A stretch of 64,000 nt of DNA from Mobula hypostoma. Lineage: Eukaryota. Under the pieces are notes generated by a model that saw only the letters and a program-made list of their open reading frames with translations, did no database searches and was not told the DNA's origin. The position numbers and the translations under genes were made by a program. The DNA lies in contig NC_086107.1 in assembly GCF_963921235.1 (NCBI RefSeq), positions 86,676,001 to 86,740,000 of the forward strand, written 5' to 3'. Position 1 is the stretch's first letter. Every line of letters starts with the position of its first letter. Below, piece after piece: positions 59,301-64,000 of the stretch.

Positions 59301-60430
59301 ATCCACAGCCCTAGTGATAAGAATCGCTGTGACCCTGGTCCCAGCATGGCTGTGGTGGAGCCCATCCCATCGGAGGAGCTCCCTCCTTCCCCAATACAGG
59401 AGCCTATGTCCCACAAATTCAAATCCATTTCTTCCACACCAATCTTTGAGCCTTACGTTTAGCTCTCTGATCTTATTACTCCTGTGCCAATTTGCACATG
59501 ACTCAGGTAACAATCGAGGGATATTTATCCTTTTGTTTCTGTATTTTAATTTAGCCTCCAGCTGCTCAAATTCCCTCAGCAGAACCTCTTTCCTTGTTCT
59601 TCATACATCATTGGTACACACACGGACCATGTCAGCTAGATCTTTCCCTTCCCACTCCAAATTCCTCTGCAGGTCAGATTAGATGTCCTGAACCCAGGCA
59701 CCAGGCAAACAACACAGCCTTCAGGACTCTCGATTTTTGCAGCGGAGAATTATGAATTCTCATTCCCTCCCCCCTCTTGAATGGCCCCTACACCTCAGTG
59801 CCACGATTTGATTACTCACCCTTCCTACAGCCCCACCCTCATCCTCACAAGGAGCAACATTTGTGGCAAGTTCACGGGCATTCGTCTTGTATACCTCTGC
59901 ATGCTTTACTTCCAGTCACACACTCTTGTCCTTCGCTACTGACTGAATTTGAAGTACTTAATGTAATGGGTGCGATTGCCTTATGAACGAGAGTGCGTCT
60001 CCCCCTCCTTGGTGTATCACAACATTTGAAGCTCAGATTCCAGTCACCATCTCTGCGCCTGAGTTCCTCAAGCAGCCAACACTTGCTGCAGATGTGGTCA
60101 CCAGGAAATACAGTGCAGTCCACCAGCTCCCACATCATACAGCTACAACACATCATCAGGAACCACAATGGGGTCCACCAGCTCCCAAATTATGCAGGTG
60201 CAGCCCATCACCTACTCCTGCATTCCTACTTTATTTAATCAGTTGTAATTTCTATTGTTTTAGCTATACAAATTAGTACTGTATATAATGAAAAATCTTT
60301 GCCTGTTCTTACCTGATACTCACTTCTGCCTCCACTCTTAAAGCCTCAGTCCTCCACTCTAACACTGCCCACTCCCACAATGGCTGGTCTGCTTCAACCT
60401 CACTTCTTTTTATTGGCTCAAGTAAAATGA
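56310..60430 (-). mobile_element. Long CR1 LINE with ORF1 (zinc-finger and esterase-like) and broken ORF2, carrying nested Penelope-tail and Rex1-like inserts
   Basis: ORF1 'CCSCMMWE...HICSKCWLLEEL' (59872-60168) and 'LNVRLKDWC...WDGLH' (59292-59513). ORF2 'LKVLYL...GFTELWL' (58949-59146) and 'LNKYFASVF...KSPGPGGLHPRILKE' (57755-58141). Confidence 0.85.
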
Positions 60431-62211
60431 GACTTACTGAGTCACCCTCTTCCTTCAGGCTGTAGATTACAGAGCTCCCCTGTGAACCCTGTGGAATAAG
60501 GAGCGTGAACATGTCTCATCTTGCTCTGTGGTGCCAACCCTGTATTGGAAGATGATCTTGACTGAGAGTGTGGCTCATCAGTACGTCACCTCTTGGAGTT
60601 TCTGTCTTACATCTTGATTGCAGAAGGAGACATGTCTACATAGACATTGTGGTCCTGCATGTATATATTGTACGTTTGCAACCTCATCCTTTAAACTCAG
60701 CAGGAATTTCTCACACTACCTTTCAAGTAGATAGAGAGGGCAGCCAGTGCCTTTTTTCCCAGGGTGGCAATGGCTAATACCAGAGGGCATCATTTTAAGG
60801 CAATTGTAGAGAAATTTGGTGGCGATGTCAGAGGTAAGTTTCTTAAATGGAGAGTGAAATGCACTGTTGGGGGTGGTAGAGACTGATACATTAGGGGCAT
60901 TTAAATGATAGGCACATGGATGAAAGAAAAATGCAGGATTATGGGCTATGTTGGAAGGAAGGCTTAGATTGATCGTGAGTAGGTAAAATATCGGCACAAC
61001 ATCATGAGCTGACGAGCCCATAGTGTGCTGTATATTTCTATGTTCTAGGTTCCATAACCCACCAAGACCATTTCCTACTCCCTCAAAACATGCCAAGCCA
61101 CCACTATTTTACTCCCTTTATATTTAACGTTTATTTGCACACAACTTGACCTCAGCAGCATCCTTCATCATGCCCTGTGTTATAACTCTGTGGTCCTGGT
61201 TAGAATTCTATTAATCTTAAAGTTATACAGTAAGAAGAAGTCCCTTCAGCCCAACTCTTCCATGTTGACCAAGGTCTCTACTTGAGTAAGTCCCATTTGC
61301 CTACATAAGGCTCATATCCCTCTAAACCATGTAACTATCCAAATATATCTCAAATGTTGTAATTGTACCCAACTCAACCTCTGCCTCAGGCCACTTGTTC
61401 AAAATAACCACCATCCTCTGTATGAAAAATACACCATCCTGGAGACTCACTGGTGTTCACAGAAACTCCTCTCTGTCTCACTAACTATCATCTCTCCTGC
61501 CAATACTGTTCTCCTGGACAAACCCCCACCCTCCCTGGTGCCCTGCATTAAAGTCGGTCATTGTGTCACAGATCTGCATGGTCCTCAGGAGAACATTCTT
61601 ATTTCCTCCATCACACGTGGGAAGTTTCATCTCCTGGGTACCAGATCAGGACATTATTGATGAGACAGTGAAGGATAAATCCAATAGGCAATCCGGAAAG
61701 GTGGGAATGTAAGGCTTGTTCACACAGGCAGTGACCATACTGAATCTCACTGAGGAGTTTGAAGGGAGATGGATAAACACTGTGGAAATATATCTGTAAC
61801 CCTGAAGTCTTTATGAATTTATAACTTTTGTAAAATATCATGTGACAAAATGGACCCAGCGTGATCCCAGAATGCTTTGCTGATTGCTGGTTTGGAGGGA
61901 GGCTTACAAGTGTGTGTGTGTGTTTGTTTGTTTTATGGCAGGGGAAAAGTTTTGACAACAGAGAAAAATAGGACATGGCGGTTATGGGGGAAGAAGCCTC
62001 TAAAGACAAATGGACTGGCTGAAGAACAAACGCCAAAAATCACAGATATTTGCATATAATGGAAGAATGTTATGAAATGGAACAAACTAATTACTGTGCA
62101 TAGTAAAAAGTATAAAAGTGGTTTGATTGAGCTGTAAGATTGAAGCTATTTTCCAGACAATATAGTCTGGACTAGGCTTCCCTTGCAAGTAAACAATAAA
62201 ATGCGCCTATA

Positions 62212-62455
62212 AGGTGGTAGGGTAGTGTAGTGGTTAGCACAACGCTTTACAGTACCAGTGACCTAGGTTCAATTCCTGCTGCTGCCTGTACACTCTCCCT
62301 ATGACCGTGTTGGTTTCATCCAGGTTCTCTGGTTTCTTCCCAGGGTCTGGACTTACCAGATAGTAGGTTAATTGATCATTATAATTGGTCTGATGATTAG
62401 TCTACGATTAAATAGGTGGGTTGCTGGGCAGCATGGCTCAATGGTCCAGAAGGGC
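62212..62455 (+). mobile_element. tRNA-derived V-SINE-like element
   Basis: A box 'tagtgtagtggttag', B box 'ggttcaattcc', V-domain-like 'gtgttggtttcatccaggttctctggtttcttccca', CR1-like tail. Confidence 0.7.
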
Positions 62456-63349
62456 AATTATCAGTGACATAAGCACCAACATGCACAACTGATGCTGTTT
62501 AAAAACTGCTCACTCTAAAAATGTTGTAGTATCTAATAACCATGTGACTAATGCTAATTTAAAGAAAAACTGTTCAACAACAGGGTCCTGTTCCAATTAA
62601 GCAGCGTAGTGTCGCAAATAAATGAAAGGAATCCCGGCTATTTTCTTGATTAGTTTTTGTTCTTTAAGAATTGTCTCAAATAACTGGCTGTCCCAATTAA
62701 CTGATGGCCCAATTAACCTGAATTTGGATTCACCAAAGTCTCGTACAACTTCAACATAACATCCCAACTCCTGTACTAAATGCCCGATTTATGAAGGCCA
62801 ATATGCCAAAAGCTCTGTATACCCCTGTGATGTAACATTCAAGGAATTATGGATCTATATTCTCAGATCTCTTTGCGCTACCACACACTATGGTGTAAGT
62901 CCAGTGTAAGACCTACCCTGGTTTGTCCTCCTGAAAGACAACACCTCACATTTGTCTGCATTAAATTTCATTTGCCATTTTCAGCCTATTTTCCCAACTG
63001 GTAAATCCCACTGCAAGCTTTGATAGTCTTCCTCGCTGTTCACTATGCTTCCAGTAATGGTGTCATCCACATATTTGCTGATCTGGTTAACCACATTTTC
63101 ATTCTAAATCACTAATATACGCTCAGTTTATTAGGTACCTCTTGTACCTCATAAAGTAGGCACTGAGTGTATGTTCGTAGTCTTCTGCTGCTGCAGCCCA
63201 TCTATTTCAAGGTTTGAAGTGTTGTGTTTTCAGAGATGCTCTTCTGTAGAGCACTGTTGTAATGTGTGTTTATTTGAGTAACAGAAGATCAGCCGTTTCT
63301 GAGATACTCAGACACTCCATCTGGCACCAACAATCATTCCATTGCCTAT

Positions 63350-63975
63350 AAGACATACGAGCAGAATTAGGCCATCTAGCCCATTGAGTCTGTTCCGCCA
63401 TTCAATCATGGCTGATCCTTTTTCCTTTCTCCTCCTCAACCCCAATTCCGGGCCTTCTCCCTGTAATCTTTGATGCCATGTCCAATCAAGAACCTATCAA
63501 TCTCTGCCTTAAATACTCCCAACGATCTGGCCTCCACAGCTGCATGTGGCAACAAATTCCACAAATTCACCACCCTTTGGCTAATGAAATTTCTCCGCAT
63601 CTCTGTTTTGAAAGGGCACCCCTCTATCCTGAGCCTGTATCCTCTTGTCCTAGACTCTCCCACCATGGGAAACATCCTTTCCACATCAACTCTGACTAGG
63701 CCTTTCAACATTTAAAAGGTTTCAATGAGATCCCCGCTCATCCTTCTGAATTCCAGTGAGTACAGACTCAGAGCCATCAGAAGTTCCTCGTATGATAACC
63801 CTATCATCCCTGGAATCATCCTTGTGAACCTCCTCTGGACCCTCACCAATGCCAGCATATCTTTTCTAAGATGAGGGCCCCAGAACTGTTCACGATACTC
63901 AAAGTGAGGCCTCACCAGTGACTTATAAACCCTCAGCATCACATCCTACCTCTTGTATTCTAGACCCCTTGAGAC
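63350..63975 (-). mobile_element. CR1 LINE 3' fragment
   Basis: 'YKSLVRPHFEY...RVQRRFTRMIPGM', 'QRVVNLWNLLP' and the CR1 tail. Confidence 0.9.
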
Positions 63976-64000
63976 CTCTAGACATGAGAGAGGTCTGGAG

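Overview
Vertebrate genomic DNA, most likely from a cartilaginous fish (shark/ray), judged from the repeat content (abundant CR1 LINEs, Penelope elements, V-SINE-like and tRNA SINEs) and the style of the histone and zinc-finger genes. The window holds a loose, transposon-interrupted replication-dependent histone cluster: H3.2 (-), H1 (-), H2A (+) and H2B (-, crossing a 131-N gap), each with a 3' stem-loop and U7 downstream element; no H4 is present. There is one intact 13-finger C2H2 gene with no effector domain plus two decayed paralogous copies. On the minus strand near 51-60 kb is a spliced immunoglobulin-superfamily receptor (C-type Ig exon, transmembrane exon with an Arg in the helix, Tyr-free tail) whose 5' part appears broken by a CR1. 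Most of the remainder is nested mobile-element debris: Tf1/sushi-type Gypsy pieces, including an inverted LTR pair with a self-priming PBS; solo LTRs with TSDs; an ERV pol+LTR remnant; a Harbinger MITE; L1, Rex1-like and RNase-H LINE fragments; and several minisatellite arrays. All calls are by eye from the sequence and the ORF track; no searches were run.
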